A DNA stretch of 26,816 bases from a virus (taxonomy: Duplodnaviria > Caudoviricetes), in IMG/VR virus record IMGVR_UViG_3300044613_002866, positions 1 to 26,816 of that record. The stretch is one strand, 5' to 3'. Within the stretch, counting starts at the first letter, position 1, and each line of letters begins with the position of its first letter. Position numbers and translations under genes: made by a program. This document shows positions 9,466 to 17,574 of the stretch, one piece after another. Below the pieces are notes generated by a model that worked only from the letters and a program-made list of their open reading frames with translations, made no database searches and was not told the origin of the DNA.

Positions 9466-9714
9466 CTAATCCCAATACCTCTGACTTCCGGTCAGCTTCC
9501 CGCCCATCATGCGTTCGAGCACAGCCTCGGCATCCCACGCATAGACCCCACCCGCGTAGCATGTCTGCACGCCGAAGAGATCGCTGAACCTCTCACGGTC
9601 CAATCCTGCCCCGTTGATCGCTTCATCCAACTCGGTCCACGGAACATGGTCCATTGGTTCACGCTTCACGTTGCAGCCGATCTGGGTCAGGCGCGGGTAT
9701 TCGGTGCTCACCAT
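9466..9714 (-). CDS. hypothetical protein
   Basis: 82 aa ORF abutting both neighbours. Confidence 0.6.
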   Translation of the reverse strand: MVSTEYPRLTQIGCNVKREPMDHVPWTELDEAINGAGLDRERFSDLFGVQTCYAGGVYAWDAEAVLERMMGGKLTGSQRYWD

Positions 9715-9974
9715 AAATCCTTACAGGCCCAATATCCCGCGGTGGATTTGTCCTTCTTGGCCGCGCAGTTGTGGCGGCTGCGGAAGTTGGCGCGGCGCTT
9801 CGGGTTCTTGTGCTTGGTGAAGTCCGACATCGAGGAGTCCCCGAAGTGGACGACCTTCGCTGTTCCAGCCTTCTTGCCCGGCACGAAGACTGACTTCTTC
9901 TTCGCGGCCGGTGTGATCCCCGCCATCTTGCGGGGCTTATACAGCGTGACCTTCTTGCCTTTGTAGGTAGCCAT
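9708..9974 (-). CDS. small basic phage protein (VHFGD...RRANFRSRHNC...AGYW type)
   Basis: 88 aa, K-rich; motif resembles small proteins of aquatic phages (recalled, not searched); SD GGAGGT upstream. Confidence 0.8.
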   Translation of the reverse strand: MATYKGKKVTLYKPRKMAGITPAAKKKSVFVPGKKAGTAKVVHFGDSSMSDFTKHKNPKRRANFRSRHNCAAKKDKSTAGYWACKDLW

Positions 9975-9976
9975 GA

Positions 9977-10114
9977 TTACCTCCGCTTCTTCGCTGAGAA
10001 TCCCCCGCGCTTATTCTTCATCTTCGCGTAGGTCTTGGGCTCGATGGTGGACTTGGACTTCGGACGGGACGTGCCCGCCTTCCGACGTTTGTTGATGTTT
10101 TCGTATAGGCTCAT
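9977..10114 (-). CDS. small basic protein (45 aa, not in ORF track)
   Basis: manual translation MSLYENINKRRKAGTSRPKSKSTIEPKTYAKMKNKRGGFSAKKRR; fits the gap exactly. Confidence 0.7.
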   Translation of the reverse strand: MSLYENINKRRKAGTSRPKSKSTIEPKTYAKMKNKRGGFSAKKRR

Positions 10115-10215
10115 AAAATTCCGAGCCAGTAGCTCGTCATCAGGAGCACCGCGAAGAACGCGACCAGCAAAGCCAGCGCATACTCCTCGGGTCCGATTGG
10201 ATCTGGCTCCATCAT
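10111..10215 (-). CDS. small membrane protein (34 aa, not in ORF track)
   Basis: MMEPDPIGPEEYALALLVAFFAVLLMTSYWLGIL; ATGA overlap with the next gene; ATAACC motif directly upstream. Confidence 0.6.
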   Translation of the reverse strand: MMEPDPIGPEEYALALLVAFFAVLLMTSYWLGIL

Positions 10216-10241
10216 AGGTTGTGCGGTTATGATCCCATGTC

Positions 10242-12020
10242 CTAAAAACGTGTCAACTGGCTGGCGGTCCGGCGCGGTGCGAATTTTCCATTGGTCATTG
10301 TCTCTTTCCAGCGTGTCGAACCCCCGCGTCGGGAGCTGCCTTCCTGGAGTGGCCGTAAACCGAACCTCTCCCGTATAACGTCGAGGAGGACGAATGCGGC
10401 GTCAGCGATGTCTGGTGATCGGCCGGTGCGGGCCTTCATATCCGCCTTCGGCTCTACTATCACCTTCATCGAACCCGACTTTCGCGTGTCGTAGTTCCGG
10501 CTGGTCATTTCCCGCGCCAAGTCGGGTCCGACCCCCCGAAGCTGGCCGTTCTGAAGAAACTCCTTGGCCGAGAACCACAGTTCGGTCACCCGATTGACAT
10601 ACTTGTCCTCGCACTTAGTCGGGTCGTAAGTCGAAAGCGATCGGCTCGAGGGAGCGCCACCGAAATGGACACGCAGAAACTCGTTCGATCCGCAGACCGT
10701 GGCGAGCGCGTCACAGAAGGGAACTCCTCCGCCGGTTACATCGACGCCGACATTCCGCCACGGGACGCCAGCGTCTTTGATAATGGTGAGGATTTGTTTA
10801 GCGATCTGGAAAGTGCGGGGTTCGGGGTTAGATGCCTCGTCTTCAAGGTAATGGAACGTGTCGAACGATACCTGATCGGCTCCATCTTTGTTCTGGCCAT
10901 AGGAGCCCAGATAGAGGACACATCGGTCTCCGCCGCTCACAAAGGAAGGGTCGATTCCAGCCACCCGCTCGACTCGGCCCTTCCAAACGGGCTTTTGATC
11001 GGCTTGGAACCGGATGATCTCGGCCTCGCTGTAGATGGCTTTGCTGACCGCCTGCGGCGGCCAAAAACCCCGGTAGTCGCGCCAGAACAGCGGCGAATCT
11101 TCGCCTAGTCGTGTGCGCGCCTCATCAATCTTTTCCCACTTTTGGATCGGCCAGCGGTTCTGAGATTCTAGATAGTTCGGGTTTTTTAATGCGTCGAAGT
11201 GCAAACACACCCCGCCGAGCTTGGTCTCCCACTGATCCATGTTGACGTTGATCGAACCCCATCCGTCTTTCGGCTCAACAAATTTCCCAAAGGGATCGTA
11301 ATACGACACCGGATTAGCCGCCGCGCACACGTGCAGCACGGGGTTGTTGGCCATGTTGGAAAGCGCCGTGTCGATCAGCGCATGACTGAGTTCGGACAGC
11401 TCGTCGGCGGCTAGATAAACACGAGCGGCTTTCATGCCTCGCATTTTGCCAGTGACTTCGTTGGATTTTCGGGCCTCGGCCGGAATGAGGTATATGCCGG
11501 CCTGCTCTAGGCGCTGGCCTTCTTTCATCACGTAGATGGCAGGAGTCGGAGTGTCGGTCAACTTGGCGGGCGCCACGTCCTTAATGGCGGGCCAATACCG
11601 CTGCACGGCGCCCCAGACCCGTTTTTTGGCATCGCGGATCGAGGTCGAAGTCAGCAACCCGAGCGTATGGAAAGGGGCCGCCAGCCAGTTCAGCAAAACC
11701 CAGACGGCCATAAAGTCCGACTTGCCGCTGCTCCCGCAGCCTGCGAAACCGACATAGCGGTGGTTACAGCAGGCATGGAGCATGTCGTCAGCCCAGGGGT
11801 GCCAAACGAAGTTCTCGGTCTTTTTATTCCAAAAGAATCTGGCCGCACGTTTGAAGTGTTCCTCGCGGCCCAAGCTCTCCGGCGAAAACCGGCCTTCGCG
11901 ATACATGAACAGCTCAACGGCCCATTCGGTAAACTCCTGTGGGAAGACGTAGCCGTATCGCTGGATGGATCCGGCAGGAATCGTCGAGGCGTCGTTAATG
12001 AGACATGGTCGAAATAGCAT
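10242..12020 (-). CDS. terL: terminase large subunit
   Basis: Walker A GCGSSGKS, Walker B YLAADE, motif III AANP, RNase H-like nuclease AGIDP...DVTGGG...SPDIADA. Confidence 0.9.
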   Translation of the reverse strand: MLFRPCLINDASTIPAGSIQRYGYVFPQEFTEWAVELFMYREGRFSPESLGREEHFKRAARFFWNKKTENFVWHPWADDMLHACCNHRYVGFAGCGSSGKSDFMAVWVLLNWLAAPFHTLGLLTSTSIRDAKKRVWGAVQRYWPAIKDVAPAKLTDTPTPAIYVMKEGQRLEQAGIYLIPAEARKSNEVTGKMRGMKAARVYLAADELSELSHALIDTALSNMANNPVLHVCAAANPVSYYDPFGKFVEPKDGWGSINVNMDQWETKLGGVCLHFDALKNPNYLESQNRWPIQKWEKIDEARTRLGEDSPLFWRDYRGFWPPQAVSKAIYSEAEIIRFQADQKPVWKGRVERVAGIDPSFVSGGDRCVLYLGSYGQNKDGADQVSFDTFHYLEDEASNPEPRTFQIAKQILTIIKDAGVPWRNVGVDVTGGGVPFCDALATVCGSNEFLRVHFGGAPSSRSLSTYDPTKCEDKYVNRVTELWFSAKEFLQNGQLRGVGPDLAREMTSRNYDTRKSGSMKVIVEPKADMKARTGRSPDIADAAFVLLDVIRERFGLRPLQEGSSRRGGSTRWKETMTNGKFAPRRTASQLTRF

Positions 12021-12124
12021 AAGTCAAAATGTGCCAAAACTAGTCACCAACCTCCGGCACACGGAAATTTGATAATGGTGCAAAGTTCTGATGTTGTTGG
12101 TGTTTGTGGCACTAAGAAAACGAC

Positions 12125-12146
12125 TTCGAATCCCGTGCGCGCTGCC
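12125..12146 (+). other. attP core: tRNA 3'-end fragment (T-loop to acceptor; Glu/Asp-like)
   Basis: TTCGAATCCCGTGCGCGCTGCC = T-loop, 3' T-stem, 7-nt acceptor strand, discriminator G, CC; no 5' tRNA half; about 130 bp upstream of the integrase. Confidence 0.75.
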
Positions 12147-12186
12147 CAATTTTCAAATTTGTAAATTGGCTTGTTTACTCTGTTAT

Positions 12187-12215
12187 TTGAAAAGTTACGT
12201 GACATTTGGTATTAT
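12187..12215 (+). promoter_or_regulatory. sigma70-type promoter for the integrase/early operon
   Basis: TTGAAA-17 bp-TATTAT with an extended -10 TGn. Confidence 0.55.
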
Positions 12216-12276
12216 TTTTTAGGCGAGGTTATGACTAATTTTGAACGAATTGGCACACACTTACGTCAAATATAGC

Positions 12277-13560
12277 ATGACGAAATCCACCCTTATTGAG
12301 ACCGCGCCGGGGCGCCACGAACTGCACTTGAACGGCTCCAAAGTGAGCATCCGCGAGACGCGAAACAACAGCTACAAGTTCTTTCGACTGAATTGGCGCG
12401 TGGGGCGGCGCGGCTTCCGTCGTGCGTTCTCCAGCGCCGACAAAGCCATCGCAGAAGCCGAGCGCATCGTTCGCGACCTGGCCCGTGCGGAGGGGGAAAA
12501 AACCACTGTCCGCAGTGAAGACATCGTCTACTACCGCGAGTGTGCTCGTAAGCTCGGGTCGGTTCCGCTCCACACTGCGGTCGAATTCTATCTCAAATTT
12601 CATCGCATCGGGGCGCCGCGCAAAACCCTCGCCGAAATCGCCGACGAGTTTCTCGAAGCGGCCAAGGCAAGAAGCGTATCAAGGAGATACAGGGAAAGCA
12701 TCACGTCCGCGAACAACCTATGGAAGAAATGGGCGGGCGCAATGAGTTTGCCTGAAATCACGACCGGATTCATTGAACGCAAGTTCTCCGATAGCGAGTT
12801 CACCCCGACCTACAAAAAGAATCTTTTGCGGGCATTCCGCGCTCTGGAACTCCACGCCGTCCGCATGAAATACGTCGGCCGTGAATACGAAAGCGTGGCC
12901 GAGACCATCAAGCTGCCCTCGACCAAGCACAGCACCCCCGCCGTGTTCACACCGGAGGAATTGATGCGGCTTTTCATCGTAGCCCAACCTCACCAGATTG
13001 CCTACGTGGCGACGATGGCTTTTGCGGGGGCGCGGCGCGCAGAGTTTGAGCGCATGACGCCGGAGCATTTTTCAGTCGAAGAAAACGTAGCCGCGATCAA
13101 CGCGGAGATCGCCAAAAAAGGATCGCGCCGCGTCCTTGAGCTACCGAGCAACCTCAAAGAATGGCTGGCCGTGGCCAAGCTCCCCGCAAGTGGGAGCCGC
13201 CCGAGCAGGAAAAGCATCGCCGCCATTTCCTACAAGGACCGGCTCAAGGATGTCGGCTTGGTTTGGAAACAGAACGTCCTGCGCCATTCATTTTGTTCTT
13301 ACCACCTCGCGCTCCACCGGAACGCGGCCTTGACTTCGGAGCTGGCGGGAAACTCCCCGCAGATGCTCCGTGAGCATTACAAGTCCTTGGTCACCCCGGC
13401 GGCGGCAAGAGCGTGGTTTGAAATAACCCCACAAAAGGTGTTTGACTTCGCCACCGCACATTCGCTAGAAAGGTTGTTATCGTGGACGCTCGAACGCCAA
13501 AACGAGAAGGAGAGTGAATTTTCAGAAAACCCAACAGAAAAGAAAAACCAAAATGCCTAA
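12277..13560 (+). CDS. int: tyrosine integrase
   Basis: AFAGARRAE (R), AKK (K), NVLRHSFCSYH, AGNSPQMLREHY (Y); ATG 12277 preferred over TTG 12241. Confidence 0.92.
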   Translation: MTKSTLIETAPGRHELHLNGSKVSIRETRNNSYKFFRLNWRVGRRGFRRAFSSADKAIAEAERIVRDLARAEGEKTTVRSEDIVYYRECARKLGSVPLHTAVEFYLKFHRIGAPRKTLAEIADEFLEAAKARSVSRRYRESITSANNLWKKWAGAMSLPEITTGFIERKFSDSEFTPTYKKNLLRAFRALELHAVRMKYVGREYESVAETIKLPSTKHSTPAVFTPEELMRLFIVAQPHQIAYVATMAFAGARRAEFERMTPEHFSVEENVAAINAEIAKKGSRRVLELPSNLKEWLAVAKLPASGSRPSRKSIAAISYKDRLKDVGLVWKQNVLRHSFCSYHLALHRNAALTSELAGNSPQMLREHYKSLVTPAAARAWFEITPQKVFDFATAHSLERLLSWTLERQNEKESEFSENPTEKKNQNA

Positions 13561-13843
13561 TCAACTAAAAGCAGGAACCAGACGGCTCTCGTATATCGAA
13601 GACCGGATCAACGCCAAAGCACTCGATGTTTTAGCTGCGGCACAATCAACCAACGTCTCGGCTTTAATCCGCCAAGCGACGGAAAAGTTCCTCCGCGACG
13701 TGGACAAAGACGGATCTGTCCGCAAAATCGCCAGCCAAATAGCAAGCCAACTGCCAGACGACGCTGAAGAGCGCGCCACAGCCAACCTCGATCCCGACAC
13801 GCTCGAGGCGCTGACGGCAGTGATGAAGAAAATCCGCAAATAA
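13553..13843 (+). CDS. ribbon-helix-helix-like DNA-binding protein
   Basis: RRLSYIE strand followed by LDVLAAAQSTNVSALIRQA helices; ATG overlaps the integrase end. Confidence 0.65.
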   Translation: MPNQLKAGTRRLSYIEDRINAKALDVLAAAQSTNVSALIRQATEKFLRDVDKDGSVRKIASQIASQLPDDAEERATANLDPDTLEALTAVMKKIRK

Positions 13844-13895
13844 TCTCACACGCCAGCCCCACCACCAAACCCGTAACGTAAATCACATAATAACC

Positions 13896-14111
13896 ATGCA
13901 CATTACGATCAATGAACAACTGACCCTCAAACTCCAAAAACTCGCGAATGAAGTCAACCTTCCGGCTGAACGTCTCGGGCAACTGTTTGTCGAAGATATG
14001 ATTAACAGCTACCTTTTCACCCATGACGGAACCAGCGCCTTGCGAGACAACATCACTGACGAAAAAACTGCGGGGGCTTCGCAACCCGAAGCTCATCCGC
14101 AGCTTTGCTAG
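13896..14111 (+). CDS. RHH-like small protein
   Basis: MHITINEQLTLKLQKLANEVNLPAERLGQLFVED is an RHH pattern; C-terminal tail overlaps the next ORF. Confidence 0.55.
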   Translation: MHITINEQLTLKLQKLANEVNLPAERLGQLFVEDMINSYLFTHDGTSALRDNITDEKTAGASQPEAHPQLC

Positions 14112-14217
14112 TAGCCCTGAGCTGGAGAAATCGCTGGTCGAGACGGCTGCCAAAACCGGCCTCTCGATCAGCGAGATCATCCGCAACGCACTGACCAAAA
14201 CATTGATCGAAGGATAA
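14023..14217 (+). CDS. CopG/RHH-like protein (possibly frameshifted continuation of 13896)
   Basis: RSFASSPELEKSLVETAAKTGLSISEIIRNAL. Confidence 0.55.
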   Translation: MTEPAPCETTSLTKKLRGLRNPKLIRSFASSPELEKSLVETAAKTGLSISEIIRNALTKTLIEG

Positions 14218-14233
14218 TAACCTCGTCACCTTT

Positions 14234-14521
14234 ATGACCATGACCATCGAATGCGCGTCGTTCAAAGCGACGCCAGTCGGGGAAGGCCGTGTCCGGCTGG
14301 ACATTGAAAACCCCGTGCAACAGCGCAAGTCCGTTTACGGATCATCCGAAGCCGTCGCCCGATTGAGCGAAATCTTCGGCAAACCACTCCACCGCAACTC
14401 GCTGGCCTACTGGCGCAAGCAAGGGCTTCCCTGCACGCGCATTGGAGACCGCAAACTGATGTATAGCGAAGACGACCTCGTCCGTTGGGCGCAAGGCCGG
14501 ATCACTTCCGCCGTCCCGTGA
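14234..14521 (+). CDS. winged-helix/MerR-like DNA-binding protein (excisionase-like)
   Basis: HRNSLAYWRKQGLPCTRIGDRKLMYSEDDLVRWA. Confidence 0.7.
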   Translation: MTMTIECASFKATPVGEGRVRLDIENPVQQRKSVYGSSEAVARLSEIFGKPLHRNSLAYWRKQGLPCTRIGDRKLMYSEDDLVRWAQGRITSAVP

Positions 14522-14946
14522 ATTCACGACAGAAAGGCAAACGGGTCGAGCGCCTTTGGCGGGACCAACTCCGCGAGGCAGGGTTCCTCAAGTCGTTTCG
14601 CGGGCAGCAGTATTGCGGCGCGGCCGGTAATGCCGATGTCGTTTGTCCCGAATTGCCGTGGGCGCATTTTGAGGTCAAAGGCGTTCAGAACTTGAACGTG
14701 CTCAATGCGATGAAGCAGGCGATCACCGATAGCGGCACTAAGACGCCGGTCGTCGCGCACAAGAAAAACGGCGAGCCGTGGTTGGTCACGATGCTCGCCG
14801 CTGATTGGCTGGAACTCGTAAAGGAGTCCGACCGCGTGGTTAGCGAATGTCTAGGAGATCGCCAAGCAGACTCTCCGACGACGAGCGACGGCGCTCCGAC
14901 ATGCGACGAGACATGCGCTCCAGCTTCATGTCATCCGATTCCGTGA
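14518..14946 (+). CDS. Holliday junction resolvase (PD-(D/E)XK)
   Basis: GTG start in a GTGA overlap; NSRQKGKRVER...RGQQ...ADV...HFEVK...PVVAHKKNGEPWLVTM. Confidence 0.8.
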   Translation: MNSRQKGKRVERLWRDQLREAGFLKSFRGQQYCGAAGNADVVCPELPWAHFEVKGVQNLNVLNAMKQAITDSGTKTPVVAHKKNGEPWLVTMLAADWLELVKESDRVVSECLGDRQADSPTTSDGAPTCDETCAPASCHPIP

Positions 14947-15082
14947 CATACAAGACATTGCCCTGCCTCTGGACCCAGACGATTTGGTTATCCCCGCTCG
15001 GGTCGACGATGTAGGAAACGTCTCCGGCCCATGCGCTTCCGGCTAACAAACTTGCTACAACTACTGCGTTAATAATTTTCAT
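14840..15082 (-). CDS. small secreted protein (signal peptide), counter-oriented
   Basis: MKIINAVVVASLLAGSAWA is a classic Sec signal with an AxA site; fills the otherwise empty 14947-15100 gap. Confidence 0.6.
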   Translation of the reverse strand: MKIINAVVVASLLAGSAWAGDVSYIVDPSGDNQIVWVQRQGNVLYVTESDDMKLERMSRRMSERRRSSSESLLGDLLDIR

Positions 15083-15100
15083 AGGTTGAGTTTGACATAG

Positions 15101-17500
15101 ATGACAACTAAAGCGTTCAAACTATTCCCCTACCAAGAAGACGCCGTGGCGCGGCATATCAAGATCCTCGACTCTGTTGGGGCCAGCCTCGACGGGACCG
15201 GCTGCGGCGGCGGAAAAACAATCATTGCGAGTGCGGTTGCGGCACGGTTTGCCATACCGACGTGTGTTATAGCGCCGAAGTCAGTGCTGGTGAAGTGGGA
15301 GAGCACCCTAGCCGCGTTCGGCGTCGTTCCACTCTTCGTCCTGAACCCAGAAAAGTTACGGAACGGGAACACGCCCTGGCTCAAAAAGATCCCGAACGGG
15401 GGTAAAAAGGTAAAGTTTGAGTGGAATATACCCGAGCGGTGTCTTTTGATTTTCGACGAAGTTCACATGTTCGGCGCACACAGCTCCCAGAACGGGAAGC
15501 TGCTCGAGACTGCGGCCGGCCATTACACCCTGATGCTCTCGGCGACCGCCGCCGAGAACCCGCTGCGAATGAAGGCGATCGGGGTCAACCTCCGGCTTTT
15601 CACGCCGAGCTACTACTGGAAGTGGGTCAGGGACATGGGTGCCGAGAAATCGCGGTGGGGCGGCTTGGAATGGGATCCCTACACGAACAAGGACAAGATG
15701 GACCGGCTGCACCATTCGCTATTCGTGAATCGCGGATATCGCGTGTCCGAGGAGACCCTGCGGGAACAGTTGCCGGAATTGATGACCTCGGACGAGCCGC
15801 TTTGGCTGTCGCCTGCCGATCGTGCCACCATCAAAGAACTCTATGACGAAATGTCCGATCCAGACGATCCAGGGGCCGTCAAAAACCTCCGCCAACGTCA
15901 AGTGGTCGAAGCAGTCAAAGTCCCCTACCTCGTCGAGAAAGCCAAAGAGCTGGTCGAGGCGGGAGGTTCAGTCGTCCTTTTCCTCAACTTCCATGAATCC
16001 ATCGACAAGGCAAGAATCCATTTTGACGATAACTGCGTCCTCGACGGACGCGTCCCTCAAACCCAAAGAAAAAAGACCCAAGACTCCTTTCAAAAGAACG
16101 ACCTCCGAGTCGTCATCGTCCAGATCGCGGCCGGCGGCCAAAGCATCGACCTACACGACCTTGACGGACGTTTCCCACGTATTGCGCTTATATGTCCCCA
16201 GTTCTCGGGGACTGTCGAGGAGCAGGCTGTTGGACGAATCTGTCGGGTGGGTGCAAAGTCTCGGGCGCTTGCAATCCGTCTTTACGCAGGAGGAACAGTC
16301 GAGCAAGCGGCGCTGAAGTTGACCGCGCAAAAACGCCAGAATGTAGAAATTCTCAACCGAGGCAAAAATAATTTGAACGAACCCGAAACAACCGAAGTCA
16401 CACCATCTATGCCCGCAGTCATAACCTCACAACCCGCCCACAGCGAGCACTCTCCCTCCTCCCTCAAACTCAAAGCAATATGTCCAGGATTCCGCAACGA
16501 CCAGACGAGAGACAAGAGCGCGGCCGACAGGGGAACTCTCGGGCATCTGGCCGTGGAGAAGGAAAACCTAGACGTTATACCGCCGGAGGATACGCGGCTC
16601 CGCGACGCAGCCGCTATGTGCTTGAAATATCTGGCACACCTCCGCGGCCAAACCAAGGACGCGAAGGAGATTCGCGAGAGACGTTACAAGATGCTCGATC
16701 AGTTCGGACACATCGACCATCTGATCCTGCACGGAAACAAGTGCGAGCTGGTCGACTACAAGTTTGCCTTCAGTGCCTACGAAGCGGATTCACCGCAATT
16801 TTGGGCCTACTCCGTGGGTGTTTGGGATGCCCATCCCGAGACGGAAATCGTCACCGCCCACGTCGTCCTTCCATTTCAAGGGGCTATTGATGTCGAGTCG
16901 TGGTCGCGGTCATCCGACTACGAGCGGCTCTCGGCGCAAACCGCCGCGATCATCGAAGCGGCTCGACGCAATAACCCCGAGACTTATCAGACCGGCTCCC
17001 ACTGCGCGTGGTGCGGCCAACGGGCCGTCTGCCCGAAGCTGAACAACCTCGCGCTCGCCGTGGCGAGCCAATACAAACCCGAGGAGCTGACCTTGCCGGA
17101 CAAATACGATCCGGCCCTGATCGACGATCCGCTCGTCATGGCAACGGCCAAGCGACTTGGCCCGATCCTCAAATCGTGGGCCGAGAAAGTCGACCAACGC
17201 GCCTTGGAAATGCGGCTGCACGAAGGGATCGAAATCCCCGGCTTCGAGCTGGCCGAGCGGTCGGCCCCTTTCAAAATCGTCGACGCGCAGGCTGCGTGGG
17301 ACGTGGTCAAAGACACAATCACACCGGAAGCCTTCGCAGCCTGCGCCGACGTGTCGATAGGCGACTTGGAGAAAGCGGTGGCGAGAACGGCCAAACGCGG
17401 GACGATGAAGTCGGCCAAGGAAGAACTGCGCTGCGCCTTACTTGACGCCAACGCCGCCAAATCGGAGGGCCGCATCCACTTTCTACGAAAAACAATTTAG
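15101..17500 (+). CDS. SF2 helicase fused to a Cas4/DUF2800-like PD-(D/E)XK nuclease
   Basis: FPYQ, GCGGGKT, DEVH, SAT, QAVGRICRVG; then SPSS...CPG, RGTLGH, GHID...VDYK, QFWAY, HCAWC.....CP. Confidence 0.85.
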   Translation: MTTKAFKLFPYQEDAVARHIKILDSVGASLDGTGCGGGKTIIASAVAARFAIPTCVIAPKSVLVKWESTLAAFGVVPLFVLNPEKLRNGNTPWLKKIPNGGKKVKFEWNIPERCLLIFDEVHMFGAHSSQNGKLLETAAGHYTLMLSATAAENPLRMKAIGVNLRLFTPSYYWKWVRDMGAEKSRWGGLEWDPYTNKDKMDRLHHSLFVNRGYRVSEETLREQLPELMTSDEPLWLSPADRATIKELYDEMSDPDDPGAVKNLRQRQVVEAVKVPYLVEKAKELVEAGGSVVLFLNFHESIDKARIHFDDNCVLDGRVPQTQRKKTQDSFQKNDLRVVIVQIAAGGQSIDLHDLDGRFPRIALICPQFSGTVEEQAVGRICRVGAKSRALAIRLYAGGTVEQAALKLTAQKRQNVEILNRGKNNLNEPETTEVTPSMPAVITSQPAHSEHSPSSLKLKAICPGFRNDQTRDKSAADRGTLGHLAVEKENLDVIPPEDTRLRDAAAMCLKYLAHLRGQTKDAKEIRERRYKMLDQFGHIDHLILHGNKCELVDYKFAFSAYEADSPQFWAYSVGVWDAHPETEIVTAHVVLPFQGAIDVESWSRSSDYERLSAQTAAIIEAARRNNPETYQTGSHCAWCGQRAVCPKLNNLALAVASQYKPEELTLPDKYDPALIDDPLVMATAKRLGPILKSWAEKVDQRALEMRLHEGIEIPGFELAERSAPFKIVDAQAAWDVVKDTITPEAFAACADVSIGDLEKAVARTAKRGTMKSAKEELRCALLDANAAKSEGRIHFLRKTI

Positions 17501-17574
17501 CGGAGGTGAATAACCTCACCACCGCGAAACCGCAGGCAGACGGCATCTGCCCAACAAAATCAGAAACAAACAAC

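Noticed and set aside
12070-12150. Complete tRNA gene
   Set aside because: Only the T-loop and 3' acceptor strand are present; upstream sequence cannot form D, anticodon or acceptor stems
16409-17500. CRISPR-Cas system (Cas4-like domain)
   Set aside because: No array or other cas genes; this nuclease family is common in phage replication modules
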